The notes under the pieces were generated by a model. That model made no database searches, was not told where the DNA came from, and was given only the letters and a program-made list of their open reading frames with translations. This document shows positions 42,060 to 54,331 of a stretch of 58,049 bases of DNA, piece by piece (the first letter of the stretch is position 1; each line of letters begins with the position of its first letter). Source of the stretch: Octopus bimaculoides (Eukaryota); the NCBI RefSeq assembly GCF_001194135.2, contig NC_068993.1, positions 22,957,719-23,015,767 of the forward strand, in the 5' to 3' direction. A program made the position numbers and the translations under genes.

Positions 42060-44655
42060 GAGGTAAGACAATATGGTTTTCCTTTGGACCCACAACACTC
42101 AATAGTTCAGTGTAAACACGAAGATCTTCTCCTCCTCCTCTCATAAATTGGACGAAGGATGGTGAAGGCTAAATTATCAGATGTGTCACCAGAATTAGAC
42201 ATTTGGTGGTTGGCTGCGTGCGCTGTGGTCGAAAGTCCGGAATAGAGTAGGAAATTTTGATCCAAGTAAAACCGTAATCCATGGAAAAAGGTCCCCAACC
42301 AATGGAGCAGAACTTCAAGTCGTGGTGGAATGTAGAAAACCAAGGTGCCATACTTGTGTGTCTAATGCACATTTGAAGGCTCTCTGCCCGCAACAACAAC
42401 AAAATAGAACTAAAGGAACGGCTGTTCTACCACCACTACCACTACAAGAAGGCCAAAAGCTGCAGCAGTCAATACAGAAACAGCCATTGAAGCAACATCG
42501 TCAACACCAGAATTCCACCACAACAATGCTACCGAGAACTGTAGCAGTGGAAACAAGCAATGCCCAATCATACCTACAGACGGGCAACACAGATACGGCG
42601 TGTGTTCCCGACACTGGCGATTCAGAAGCCTTATCATGAGACAAGGAGGAATTGAATCCGCCAAGAAGGGCTAGTGTTATACTTGCGCCCATTTTCGAGG
42701 ACTTTAAATATTTTCATCATGTGGTCTGTCGGGATGGAGCGGCGGGGTTGCATTGCTATTCCAAAAATCCTTAAATCTCAAAGTGAAAGCAATTTTCTTG
42801 GACTCGAGCGGCTAGTTGATGGTCCTAGATATGAATGGTAGTGAAGGTGGCGCACTTAGACTAGCAGTCGTCTATGCCCCGACAGGGGCTGAAAGACCAG
42901 AAATATTCAGGCATCTGGAAACATTCTTGAGATATTCTCGCAGTTTAGTATTATAAGGGGACTGGAATAGGATTTTGGATGCACGGAAGGACTGTGTGGG
43001 TCTAGAGCACAGAAGATGGTGAAAAAAGCCTCGGAAACATACTCAGAAACTTCCACTTGTCTGATAGGTAACGACTGCAATTTCCTAATGTGCCAGTGTG
43101 GACATGGAGCAACCACACATCGTATCTTGATAGAGTATTTATTAGGTCAGAAGATAGTGTAAGTTGTCCCAAATTCAAATTGGTCGGCTACGCAGACCAC
43201 AAGTTTTTGATCTGCTAGTCAAGTTAGATAGTACCCGCAGAAAGGGACCCGGTTGCTGGAAATTAAACACGTTCTTTCTGGCAGGCAAAGACTACAGGGA
43301 CCAGATTAGTGAACTAGGTAAGCCGCAGTTGACGAGGGCAATTGTCAACAACCGGTGGTGGTCCACCGTGAAGAGGGCGATTAGAACAGAATCGTTAGCG
43401 TTTAGCAAAGTGTTAGCAATAGAGAGGAATAGATTAGAGGGTAAACTAATTAGCAGATTAGAAGAGGCGATTAGAAAAGGGATTGCGACAGATACGTTAG
43501 CCTTTGAAATTTCTTCGAAGCGAAGCACGAACGTTGCGCTGTCAGACCTAAGGCCAGGGTGCTCAAACACGAAGAAGCTAAAGCTATCCGATTAGCCTGC
43601 TCAAACGGTGGAGGCGCGACATATAACCAAAACGACGATCAGGTCTTTGACGGATTAGCATGAGCGCGGCTACTCGGCTCCGAGCAAATATGTGTGGCTT
43701 TTCAGCAGCACTTCACGCAGCAGTTTGGAGTTGTCGATGGGTCAGTGATTGTACTGGACTGTATCTGGAAGGCTTGCCGCGGCTCTCGATAACTGACTCG
43801 AGTTTATGTGAAAAGCTGATAACAGCCGCTGAAATTCAGGAGGCGACGAGCGATTGCAGAAGTCGCAGATCGCCCGGTTTGGATGGTCTGCCCAATGTAT
43901 TCTATGGCTTGATGCCAGATTTTTCTGACAACATCTTGACAGACGTCTACCGCTACTGGCAACAGAGCAGAAGAATTCCTAGAGCTGTTAGCAAATGTAT
44001 GGTGACACTGCTCAGGAAGGATGGCTACAATGGGGACTTAATAAGGGATTTTTCGACCCATAACTGCGGAACACAGAGTTTAAGATTTTGGCCAAGGGGT
44101 TAGCTGGTCGATAGCCTACTCGGAGAAGCGCAAACATGCACAATCGCGAGCAGATCTATCCATACAATCTCCACCTTATGCGATACGTCATAGGGAGAGC
44201 TGGGACCAAAGCTGGCTTCGGGATGCTCTGATTAATTTGGATCCATCGTAAGCATTCGATTGCATTGATCATCGCTACTTGGAAGCCTTCCTGAATGTAG
44301 GCGGTTACGGAACCATCTTCAGGGTTTGGATCATTGAAATGCGCATCTGCACCTGTTCAGTAGTCAAAATAAACAGTCAACTACTGCAGCTGTTTGACAT
44401 CGGACGTTCGGTCCGTCAGGGCTGTCCACTGTCGCCTCTTCTGTATGTATTGGCATTCGAACCACTGCTGCGGAAGCTGAAACAGCTAAGAGGCATCCCT
44501 TTCGAACTGGGATAAGGAAGGGCAGTATCGGCATATACAGACGACGTCATCGTCATGGTGTAGGACGCTTCCGAAGTGGAGACAGTCGGCACCCTCCTAA
44601 AAGAATATAAGTCGGTTGCAGGAGCTAAAATCAACGCCGACGAGTCACAGGGTCT
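42060..44655 (+). mobile_element. Tx1/L1-clade LINE, ORF1 remnant plus ORF2 APE and RT (3' part missing here)
   Basis: ORF1 zinc knuckle CHTCVSNAHLKALC (CX2CX4HX4C). APE motifs GGVALL, VYAPTG, GDWN, SYLDR, ADH, GPGCWKLN. RT motifs SPGLDGLP, RSVRQGCPLSPLLYVLAFEP, AYTDDV, GAKINADESQGL. Many stops and frameshifts. Confidence 0.88.
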
Positions 44656-44975
44656 TTTTCCGCACATTTTAAGCTTTGACACCTGATCGATAATTATCGG
44701 GGAAGACATTAAATACCCAAGTTATCAATCTCAAAATCCTAGCTGTCTCCAGCAGAGTAGTTTTTTGGGCTCGCTCTGCTCTGATGTAAATTCTTATTTT
44801 TCTGACATATTTCTTGAACTTAGTTGTTAGTGCTCCGAGTGCACCTACAGCTACTACAATGACAGACACTCTCTTCATAGTCCACGTTCTTGCAATTTCG
44901 TCTTTCAGTAGTCTGTGTTTTTCAATCTTTTCCAAGTTCTTTGCCACATATGCTTGCATTCCTCAGTACTGCAAT
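44656..44975 (-). mobile_element. R4/Dong-like retrotransposon extreme 3' fragment (copy E)
   Basis: EKIEKHRLLKDEIARTWTMKRVSVIVVAVGALG...AQKTTLLETARILR, the RLE C-terminus. Confidence 0.8.
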
Positions 44976-45066
44976 TTCTTCGTCTTCTTCTTCTTCTTCT
45001 TCTTCTTCTTCTTCTTCTTCTTCTTCTTCTTCTTCTTCTTCTTCTTCTTCTTCTTCTTCTTCTTCT
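44976..45066. repeat. (TTC)n microsatellite
   Basis: Directly visible. Confidence 0.97.
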
Positions 45067-45119
45067 CATCAAATATTGGATGTTAATTACACTTTCCACA
45101 CTATTATTTAATTACACTT

Positions 45120-45245
45120 TCCACACGAGCACAAAATTAACTCACAAATGGCTGAGAACTCCACAGATGTACATGACATTAGCGTAGTTTTCTGGGGAGT
45201 TCAGGCTCACACAAAATAGGAGAAGGCTGGCCCCTTTAAATTACG
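45120..45245 (-). mobile_element. SINE family 4 fragment
   Basis: TGGCTGAGAACTCCACAGA...CGTAGTTTTCTGGGGAGTTCAG...AAGGCTG...CCTTTAAATTAC matches 41250-41345. Confidence 0.6.
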
Positions 45246-45481
45246 AGACATATATATATGTGAATGTATTTGTGCGTGTGTATAGTTTAGGTTAGTTAAA
45301 ACGTTTGCAATAATAAGTATGCTGATTTTGTAGTGTTTACCGATTTTCCAGTGTAAAAGACTGTCCTACTCTACTGTGGCGATTTTTGTATTCGGTTGGT
45401 GTTAACACAGGGCATCCCGAGACGAGATGGTCAATTGTCTCCTCAATTTTATCGCAATTTTTTGTTATTATTATTATTATT

Positions 45482-45848
45482 GTTCAGTAGTTTTATTTTT
45501 ATAACGTGCTTTCACTTCACTACCGAGCGCAGCTCTGTGCGCCTTGGGTATGTGCTGTGGTTTGCTGTGGTGCTCTTATGTTTACTGTATTGAAAGTGTT
45601 TTGCGTAGAATGTGTGCAGTACCCAGTAGTGCAATTTTCTGTATGTTATATATATTTGTAAGTCCTGGTGTTTCTGTTATGTATTTGTCTGAATATTTTT
45701 TATTATACCTAAAACACCTACTATGATAGGAATTGTTTCTGTTTTTAGATTCCACATTCGAGTTACCTCTATTTCCATGTCTTTGTATTTTGAAAGTTGT
45801 TCCATTTCTTTTAGAGAAACGTTGTCATCTGCTGGTATTGATACATCA

Positions 45849-45850
<2 letters not shown>
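45482..45850 (-). mobile_element. Short 5'-truncated R4/Dong-like copy (copy C, same family as B) embedded in (TAA)n
   Basis: DVSIPADDNVSLKEMEQLSKYKDMEIEVTRMWNLKTETIPIIVG plus stop and 3' UTR ending CTACTGAAC(AAT)n. Closely similar to 39356-39650. (TTA)n on both sides (45464-45481, 45849-45925). Confidence 0.9.
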
Positions 45851-45907
<57 letters not shown>

Positions 45908-46536
45908 CATTATTATTATTATTATAATTAGTTTATGTACCTGTGACATGTAAATGCAATTATTTATCTAGCAATATTCTGCTATACAACTTAATTATTG
46001 CCGTTAATGCCGTTACGTACATTTTAATGTATATTTTGCGGTGGTTTTACAATTAATAATGTTTTATTGCTTTCATTTCAACTGGTGTTTTTTGCTCTTA
46101 CTACATATTCTGTCATTATTGAAGCACTTACTGTTTTCTACTTATATTACTACTGTTATTGTTCTTCCTGTCGTTAATATTGCTTTCAAAACTTTAAATT
46201 GATTTCTGAACACTTAACAGAAAATTGCGGTAAGTTTATTTTCCAATCTGCTTTCTGTTCGACCATAATTGGTCGTATTGACACTAACCAAATGTATAAC
46301 CAGCCTGAGTCTCTAGACCACACTGATTTACATTATGTTAACTCTCCTGTCGGCGTAGATTATATTAGTGTCTTAAATAACACAGCACCTGCGCAACGAA
46401 ATGCACATAAATAAATATAGGCAATGGCGAATTTGATTTACGACACTTTGAATGTAATGTTAGTATGATGTACATTGTTTTAATGACAATGTCGGTGTCT
46501 GTTGATCTGAAGCTGTAGGTTGTAATGATGATGGTT

Positions 46537-46537
46537 C

Positions 46538-46570
<33 letters not shown>

Positions 46571-46572
46571 GA
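46537..46572. repeat. (TGA)n microsatellite
   Basis: Directly visible. Confidence 0.9.
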
Positions 46573-47921
46573 GGACGACGATGACGGCGACAATGTTGTT
46601 AATGATGATGCTAAAAATTCGCTCACATTGAAAACAATGAGTTTGCGTTACTCTGCAGCACTGAGTTCAAATTCCTCTTGGGATAAATTTTGCAAGAGCG
46701 TGCAAGTAGGAGTGATGAAACATGAACATTATATAATTCCGTTGAAAATCGGAAAGCATTCATTCTACAGATTTATTTGCTAAACGTTAACGGTTGAATA
46801 GTTTACGTATCCTCAAAAAGTCATCTAATAATAATTCTGCTTTCTTCTCCGCTACTTAGCCCGTCTGTAACGCTTTCACGAGACTTGCTGAAGGCAAGAC
46901 AAACAGAAGGAGAAAGAAAAAAGGCGAGAGAAAAAGAGGGTCACTGAATGAGAGAAAGGGAGAAAGAAACAGAGAGGGAGATAAAGAGGGAGAGGGAAAA
47001 AGAAGGATAGAGACGCATCCATGACCTGAGGTTGGGAAATGTAATATTTATCACGTGATTAAAACAGTTATTTGAACCTCGTGATATAGAGGTGAGTTAG
47101 GAACATAATTTTANNNNNNNNNNNNNNNNNNNNNNNNNNNNNNNNNNNNNNNNNNNNNNNNNNNNNNNNNNNNNNNNNNNNNNNNNNNNNNNNNNNNNNN
47201 NNNNNNNNNNNNNNNNNNNNNNNNNNNNNNNNNNNNNNNNNNNNNNNNNNNNNNNNNNNNNNNNNNNNNNNNNNNNNNNNNNNNNNNNNNNNNNNNNNNN
47301 NNNNNNNNNNNNNNNNNNNNNNNNNNNNNNNNNNNNNNNNNNNNNNNNNNNNNNNNNNNNNNNNNNNNNNNNNNNNNNNNNNNNNNNNNNNNNNNNNNNN
47401 NNNNNNNNNNNNNNNNNNNNNNNNNNNNNNNNNNNNNNNNNNNNNNNNNNNNNNNNNNNNNNNNNNNNNNNNNNNNNNNNNNNNNNNNNNNNNNNNNNNN
47501 NNNNNNNNNNNNNNNNNNNNNNNNNNNNNNNNNNNNNNNNNNNNNNNNNNNNNNNNNNNNNNNNNNNNNNNNNNNNNNNNNNNNNNNNNNNNNNNNNNNN
47601 NNNNNNNNNNNNNNNNNNNNNNNNNNNNNNNNNNNNNNNNNNNNNNNNNNNNNNNNNNNNNNNNNNNNNNNNNNNNNNNNNNNNNNNNNNNNNNNNNNNN
47701 NNNNNNNNNNNNNNNNNNNNNNNNNNNNNNNNNNNNNNNNNNNNNNNNNNNNNNNNNNNNNNNNNNNNNNNNNNNNNNNNNNNNNNNNNNNNNNNNNNNN
47801 NNNNNNNNNNNNNNNNNNNNNNNNNNNNNNNNNNNNNNNNNNNNNNNNNNNNNNNNNNNNNNNNNNNNNNNNNNNNNNNNNNNNNNNNNNNNNNNNNNNN
47901 NNNNNNNNNNNNNNNNNNNNN

Positions 47922-47952
<31 letters not shown>

Positions 47953-47954
47953 GC

Positions 47955-48135
47955 CATGATTGACGAAACGTTTTTTTCTTCTCTTTCTGTTTATTTCAAC
48001 TTGCTCATTTCTGCTGAAGAGCGTAGGTTCGAAACGTAAAAGACTTTCTCACCTTCCCGAGCGTCACACTAATACACCTTGTTGTTCATACACTTCTCTT
48101 TGTATTTTGTTTTTCTGTATATTTCAACTATATAT
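47955..48135 (+). mobile_element. Solo PLE terminal-repeat fragment with hammerhead-like motif
   Basis: 48011-48043 is 28/33 identical to the reverse complement of 6671-6703, and similarity continues through TTCCCGAGCGT...CTAATACACC. Confidence 0.7.
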
Positions 48136-48139
48136 ACAT

Positions 48140-48300
48140 ACACGCGACGGGCTTCTTTCAGTTTTCGTCTACGAAATCCATTCACAAGATGTTGGTCGGT
48201 CCGAGGCAATGGTAGAAAGCGCTTGCCCAAGATGCCACATAGTGAAACTGAACCCGGAACCATGAGACTGGGAAACAAACTTTTTACAACACAGCTACGT
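48140..48300 (-). mobile_element. SINE family 1, 5' half
   Basis: CGACGGG...AAATCCATTCACAAG...TTGGTCGG...CTTGCCCAAGATGCCA...CTGAACCCGGAACCATG matches 1020-1170. Confidence 0.8.
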
Positions 48301-49699
48301 GGACATTCTTTTTGCATACATTACACGGCATTATTCAAATAAATAATTTAAAACAATTCGAATACGGGGACAGTGCCTGAACCTGTATGTCGAAATAGTA
48401 TTGATTCGAAAAAGACACATTTGCATAAATTATTTGAATGCATTCGGAAATGCATATTATCATTTCTGAAAATTGTATATTTTCATAGCCAGGAAGAAAC
48501 TAAAGTTTTTCTTCTTTTAAATTTTTCGTAGACATAGATATAACGCACTCTCTATGAAGACATCAACGAAATAGACAAAACTGTAGCATATGTACTTTGA
48601 CGTTCGAAACTATTCTGCTGACATGCACGCCCACACGCACGCACAGACGCGCGCACACACAGACGCGCGCACACACATGTATGTACGTATGTAAATTTGT
48701 CTACATACGTATATAGTAATCGTTTTCGCTTAACCTGAAACAATGTTATTGCAGATAGCAAATAGTTATATAACCTGTATTTTTTGGTTTCATATTTGAG
48801 AACTACATCGTTGACGTTATCTTGTGAGGTAAGTTTAAGCCTTACGATTGCACTTTGTTATCATAAATTAGAAATTAATTTCATTTGAAACAGCCAGGTT
48901 ACCAAAATATTACGTTTCTTTTGCGCATTAGGGATATATTCTGTAGTGAGCTTAATCCAGAAAAGGAAAGGAATTTGTATTCAATGATATGTAATAGTCT
49001 TCATCTGGAGATTAGTTTCGAATGATAAAACATCATACATAATAAATATTAAAGGATACATGCCATGTCTCATAAATAGAGGGCTTATGATATTCTGGGT
49101 TCCGAGCATAATGTAACTATAGTGTAGACGTATTATAAACTACTAAAATACAATACGAAAAAGGAAATAAAGAAAACGGAAAAAAAATCACTTGTGTCTT
49201 CTGTGTTTGATCAAAGACGGAACTAAATGATAGTAATTATTTAAACATTTAAACTATCATTAATTGCAAAAGTGTTTCTAAGTTTTATATATATNNNNNN
49301 NNNNNNNNNNNNNNNNNNNNNNNNNNNNNNNNNNNNNNNNNNNNNNNNNNNNNNNNNNNNNNNNNNNNNNNNNNNNNNNNNNNNNNNNNNNNNNNNNNNN
49401 NNNNNNNNNNNNNNNNNNNNNNNNNNNNNNNNNNNNNNNATATATATTGACAATGTGGTATTTACGCTTGTTTCTTACATTGGCTGAATATTATAGTAAG
49501 TCTTCTCAGCCGCTCGGGACTCTTCACTTCTTAGAAATCGGCTGTATGAATCAAAATGTCTGTGTTTGATGCAATTTGTTAGGGAGAAAATCCCTACATT
49601 TTAATTTTCATCCATAATCTACTTATTTTGAATGTTTCCTAGTTTGGATAATAGATTAACTCACTATATGTATAAATGCGCAGAAATTTCTATTAATTT

Positions 49700-51250
49700 A
49701 TGAAATAGAAGCATATGATGGGACTCTGTCATTCAAACATTATAGTAAATTTGTAAGAGAGAGCGACATCACTGCAAAGCTCACTTTGATTTGTGGAAAA
49801 ATAAGAAGGGTAAAGGAAATTTATTTAAGTTAGCAATACCATATACCAGAATATTAATAATTTTCATGACTTTGACAATGCTGGGAAATTGCATGCTTTG
49901 TTAACGACAGCATTTAATCCCTTTAATAAGGATATTCCTTTTGTTGGAATGGGTGCTTCAATTGTTATGCGTTTCAAATTATAAAGGGGAGTGTGGAATT
50001 TCTCTGAGAAAACGATGAATGTTTTTCATGCATTTTCTATGGTATCCTGCTGTGATGTTCCGCTGGCATAGTTAGAATTTACTAAAATGCATTTGATTTA
50101 AAACGATTTCTTCAATCTAATCAGGTTTCTATTCCTTTGCTGTTCAATTCTCTTGACACATTCTCCCAGTCATAAAGGCATTGGAGTTATCTTTCTTCTA
50201 CAAAGATCAATGTTGCGTCACTTCGATTTAGCATTTCAACTTCAATGTTAATTGGTTCCAATGCTGACACAACGACCTGCATAGCTTTAAATTCATTCTC
50301 GTAAAAGTTCAGAGGTTAATTCATATCGATCATTAAGATTTGCGCTGCATATTTCAAGGACATAGAATTATTCTAAGAATGCAAATACATTATTTCATCT
50401 TGTTTTAGTATCATTGGTTGTTAATTGCAATTTGTGATCACACTCGTTTTTAACATATTCAAGAAGTACTTCATTTCTTGTCGGTGACCTACAAAGTGAG
50501 CTCAGAATTATTCTCCCCTGTTAAAATTGACTTCACTAAGGCCTAAAATATTTTCAATGCGAAGTGTTTTCTAGAATTAGAGCTGATTCACTAAGTTCAG
50601 ATTACTGAAAGTCGACATAACAAAAACATTCGCATTGCGGAACCTATACTTTGACCCTCATTCTCCAATATATCTTAAAATACGTCTCCATAATGACAGG
50701 TATGTGTGTAAAAATATCACCAACAGTCAAATGACGTCCATTAAATAGCACAACTGATAAATACATTTAGTACTTTAAACAAATATAGCCATGTACATGC
50801 TATATCATGTGCAACCGGATGTATTCAGAAAGGGTTGTTTCTTAAACCTAAATTATTATCTGCAGTAAGTTGCAAAAATTCTAATGATTCTGAAAATCAT
50901 GAATTTTCTTGATTTATGTACCTTTCCAGTCAAATATATGGGGTTATGTGAGCGTAAACATATATGTTAAACTATAGAAAAAAAAATTCAAAGTTGCTCA
51001 CTTCATTTTTCATTAATCATTATTTTCTCCCAAATTAAGTTTAACTACGTTAAAACAAAATCATTCCATTGACAAAACGAAACTTTTTTCCACTTTTATT
51101 AAGAAATATATTTCAAACTATTACTTTCATGGAAAATCCATCAGTAAAACTCACTTGGATATGGCTTATTCTAAAGTTAACCTTTTCTTCCACAAGTGTC
51201 ATTTGCTGTTCGTCGACACTATTGAAGTGGTTCGTCTTCCACTCACTCTT
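49700..51250 (-). mobile_element. Degraded hAT-superfamily transposase
   Basis: TDGFSMKVI, QLCY (QLC.AH.L.LAV region), RSPTRNEVLLEYVKNEC...LQLTTNDTKTR*N (D..TRWNS), ALEPINIEVEML.RSDATL and KRIEQQRN, in hAT order with many stops. Confidence 0.65.
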
Positions 51251-51413
51251 TCTTCGTATATGTATGTANNNNNNNNNNNNNNNNNNNNNNNNNNNNNNNN
51301 NNNNNNNNNNNNNNNNNNNNNNNNNNNNNNNNNNNNNNNNNNNNNNNNNTGGTAAAATAATTTTATCATGAACGACATTTTAGTACTGGTTTCAGTCATT
51401 GCAAGTCTTTCAA

Positions 51414-51416
<3 letters not shown>

Positions 51417-51454
<38 letters not shown>

Positions 51455-51645
51455 ATGTATGTATGTATGTATGTATGTATGTGAGTGTGTATGCGCGTGT
51501 GTGTATACATATATATACATGCATACAGACACACAAACGAACACACGCACACACATATACATACATATATAGATAGATAGACAGATATACATATATACAC
51601 ATACATATAAAAACATATTTACATACATGTATATATACATATGTA
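51417..51645. repeat. Compound (TA)/(TATG)/(CA)/(TAGA) microsatellite
   Basis: Directly visible. Confidence 0.9.
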
Positions 51646-53689
51646 ATGCATAGACGTCCCAATCTATGAAGAAAATATTTTGTGAAAAATCCTCAAGCGA
51701 TCATTAAAAACTGCTAATTGACATTTCCAGGCATTTTATAAAATACTTGCTGATATATTTGGTCTTAAATATTGCAGTGGAAAATTCTAAAGCAAAAGAA
51801 TACACTTTTCGAGAAGTTCGGATTACAGTTTACGTCATTTTCCGAGAATCTTTAAGTCTGATTGAAAAGCAGACTTTAGTTAATGTCTGATAAAATGACT
51901 ATATAGAAATAGGTATATTTGCTTTACTCTAAAATAGAACAAATTGTAATTAATAGAAAGTGAGTTGATTAATTTTGCCAGCTACAGAATGAAAAGTGTG
52001 CGTCTCTTCAATGATCAAACACTATTTCCCCACAAATGTCACATAACTCTACATATGTCATTAAATATTTTAAACATATCAAGGCTAGTTAACCATGTAA
52101 TGGTCCATAATGAAATTGCAGTCAAAACTATTGCGGACATGCCTGCAATAAAAAAATGGCTATGCTCGAATTATGAAGAGAAGAATAGATGGACAAACAA
52201 TTAAGAGGACGGGAATCGCTTTATGTCAGATGTTATACATACATGTATATACCAAAGAAAAACCTTTACAGCTGATTCAATGATTCGGCAAATGGTTAAT
52301 GTTAATTATGCAAACAGGTGTATATAATGAAGGAATATTACACGCAGGAAATAAGCAAAAGTTTTTTTTTTTAACTAGCATGAAGCTTGATATGTATCTT
52401 CATGCAGAAATAATCGAACATATTACGCAGAACGGTGAATGGTAAATGCAGTCGTAGTAGACCACATATTCATGATAAATATTCATGATAAATACAGTCA
52501 TCAAAGAAATAGACAAAAGAAGAAAGGGATAATTATGAATATCGAGGTGAATATGGGGTAAGATGTAAGGAGAAAGAACGGAAAATCGAGAGCAAAATGC
52601 TAGAAAAATGTGAGGAATAGGAGAGAAGGAGTAAATAGAAAGCAAAAACAAAAAAGGAAAAACTTAGAAGTGAAAGTGAAAGGAAAGAAACAATGAAAAA
52701 TGAATGAGAGGGAACTTTGTGATGTTTGGGCAGAAAAGAAAAGGTTGGAAAAGTAAGTATTGGGAGTGGGGGCGTCGACTGGAGAGAGGGGATGAAACGG
52801 AGTCTATTAAAAAGAAAAAAAATGAGAATGCCATATAAAACGAGTTTCCTACGGCATAAGTGAAACAGTGCAAACTGATGGCGACCTGGTTAGATATCAG
52901 CGTCAGGTGCATTGTGAAACTCTAAGAATACAAGTATGAAAATGAATTTAAAAAGACAAATTATAAAACAGATATTACGCATCTAAAAGCAAAGTATGAA
53001 TTCGAATTAAACTAGTGAAAAATTCTAACTAGAGAATGTAGCAGATATAAGCATTTATAAGGGAAGTAGATAGCAGCAAGGACGAGAAAGTATCTATATA
53101 TGTTTGTATCAATATAAGAAGATTAGAGAAAGCCAGTTCATGGTAAACAGAAAATGGTTTGAAAATTTATGCGGACAGAACGGGATTACATCATAAGCTT
53201 TATTAAGGTGAACATCCTTATTCTCACGAAATATCTCAAGGGATCCCGTGCTGAAAAATTTCATGCTCCCTCACAAGTTAGATCACCCGGAAAGAAATGA
53301 TAATCAATGGACGTTAAACTGATCGATATAATTCGATGAAGTAATAGAAGACGTGAACGTTGCGGTACATAACATATCTGTCATGTAAAGCCTCTTAAAA
53401 TCGTTAGATGTTATGTATATTTTGGCGTAAATGTATTTTAGTGGTGGTGCAATTATAAACAACACTATATCACAAACAATCTCCACTCAAATAGCAAGGC
53501 AATTAATACTTAATCTACAATTACATTTCTTGTTGTCACGGGTAAAGTTCATTACAATATTTATCTTGTCAGTCCTGCAATAAGATTCATCATCATCATT
53601 ATTATTATTGAAGCTACTATTATCGTCATTATTACAACAATCATTATTGCCATTATATATCATTTTATATTCACATACATATATATGTA

Positions 53690-53730
<41 letters not shown>

Positions 53731-53867
53731 NNNNNNNNNNNNNNNNNNNNNNNNNNNNNNNNNNNNNNNNNNNNNNNNNNNNNNNNNNNNNNNNNNNNNN
53801 NNNNNNNNNNNNNNNNNCTGTCTATTTTTGCCAAGGGAAGTTATCCTTCCCATCTTGATCTGCGATA

Positions 53868-53912
53868 CGTACGGACCCGAGTTTCAGGGTTATTTCCCTT
53901 CTTCAGTGTACG
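53868..53912 (-). ncRNA. Type I minimal hammerhead ribozyme motif (near intact)
   Basis: Minus strand CGTACA-CTGAAGA-AGGG-AAATAA-CCCT-GAAA-C-TCGG-GTC-CGTACG: complete core, 4-bp stem II, 2-bp stem III, GUC cleavage triplet, 5-bp stem I with an A-C mismatch at the closing pair. Confidence 0.75.
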
Positions 53913-54331
53913 ATAATCGCCGACCTTCGATGAGAATGACAATCCCTTGGCAATATATAAGTCTTTTTCCAGGGAAGTTACTCACTGATATCGAAAAAGT
54001 GAAAACAAGCAATGTTAAATCTCTGAACGAGGTGTTAACAGTAACTGCACGATAAAGTGAAGTATATTTGCCATAGATTGTTTCCTAATAAATAAATAAA
54101 AGAAGAATCTTCACCTTTGGTAGCAATCATTTCTAAAGTAGACACTTCTAATAAATTTACTTTCCAAATGCATTATAGACTGATAAAGTCCCTAAATGTG
54201 TATTACTCATTTGTAATCGATGTCATAAGCAGGTACAGGGTACATCAGTATTCTGAGGACATCACTTTCAAGAACTTTAAATTTCTTGTAACTTATTTTG
54301 CACTTTACTGTTCAGATAAATCATATCTAAT

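Noticed and set aside
46199-46414. 71-aa ORF in non-repetitive sequence
   Set aside because: Alternative start codon, no recognisable domain or splice context.
52400-53230. Possible CR1/L2-like RT C-terminus on the plus strand (EK.LGV, IKR.. fragments)
   Set aside because: Similarity is too faint and fragmentary to call.
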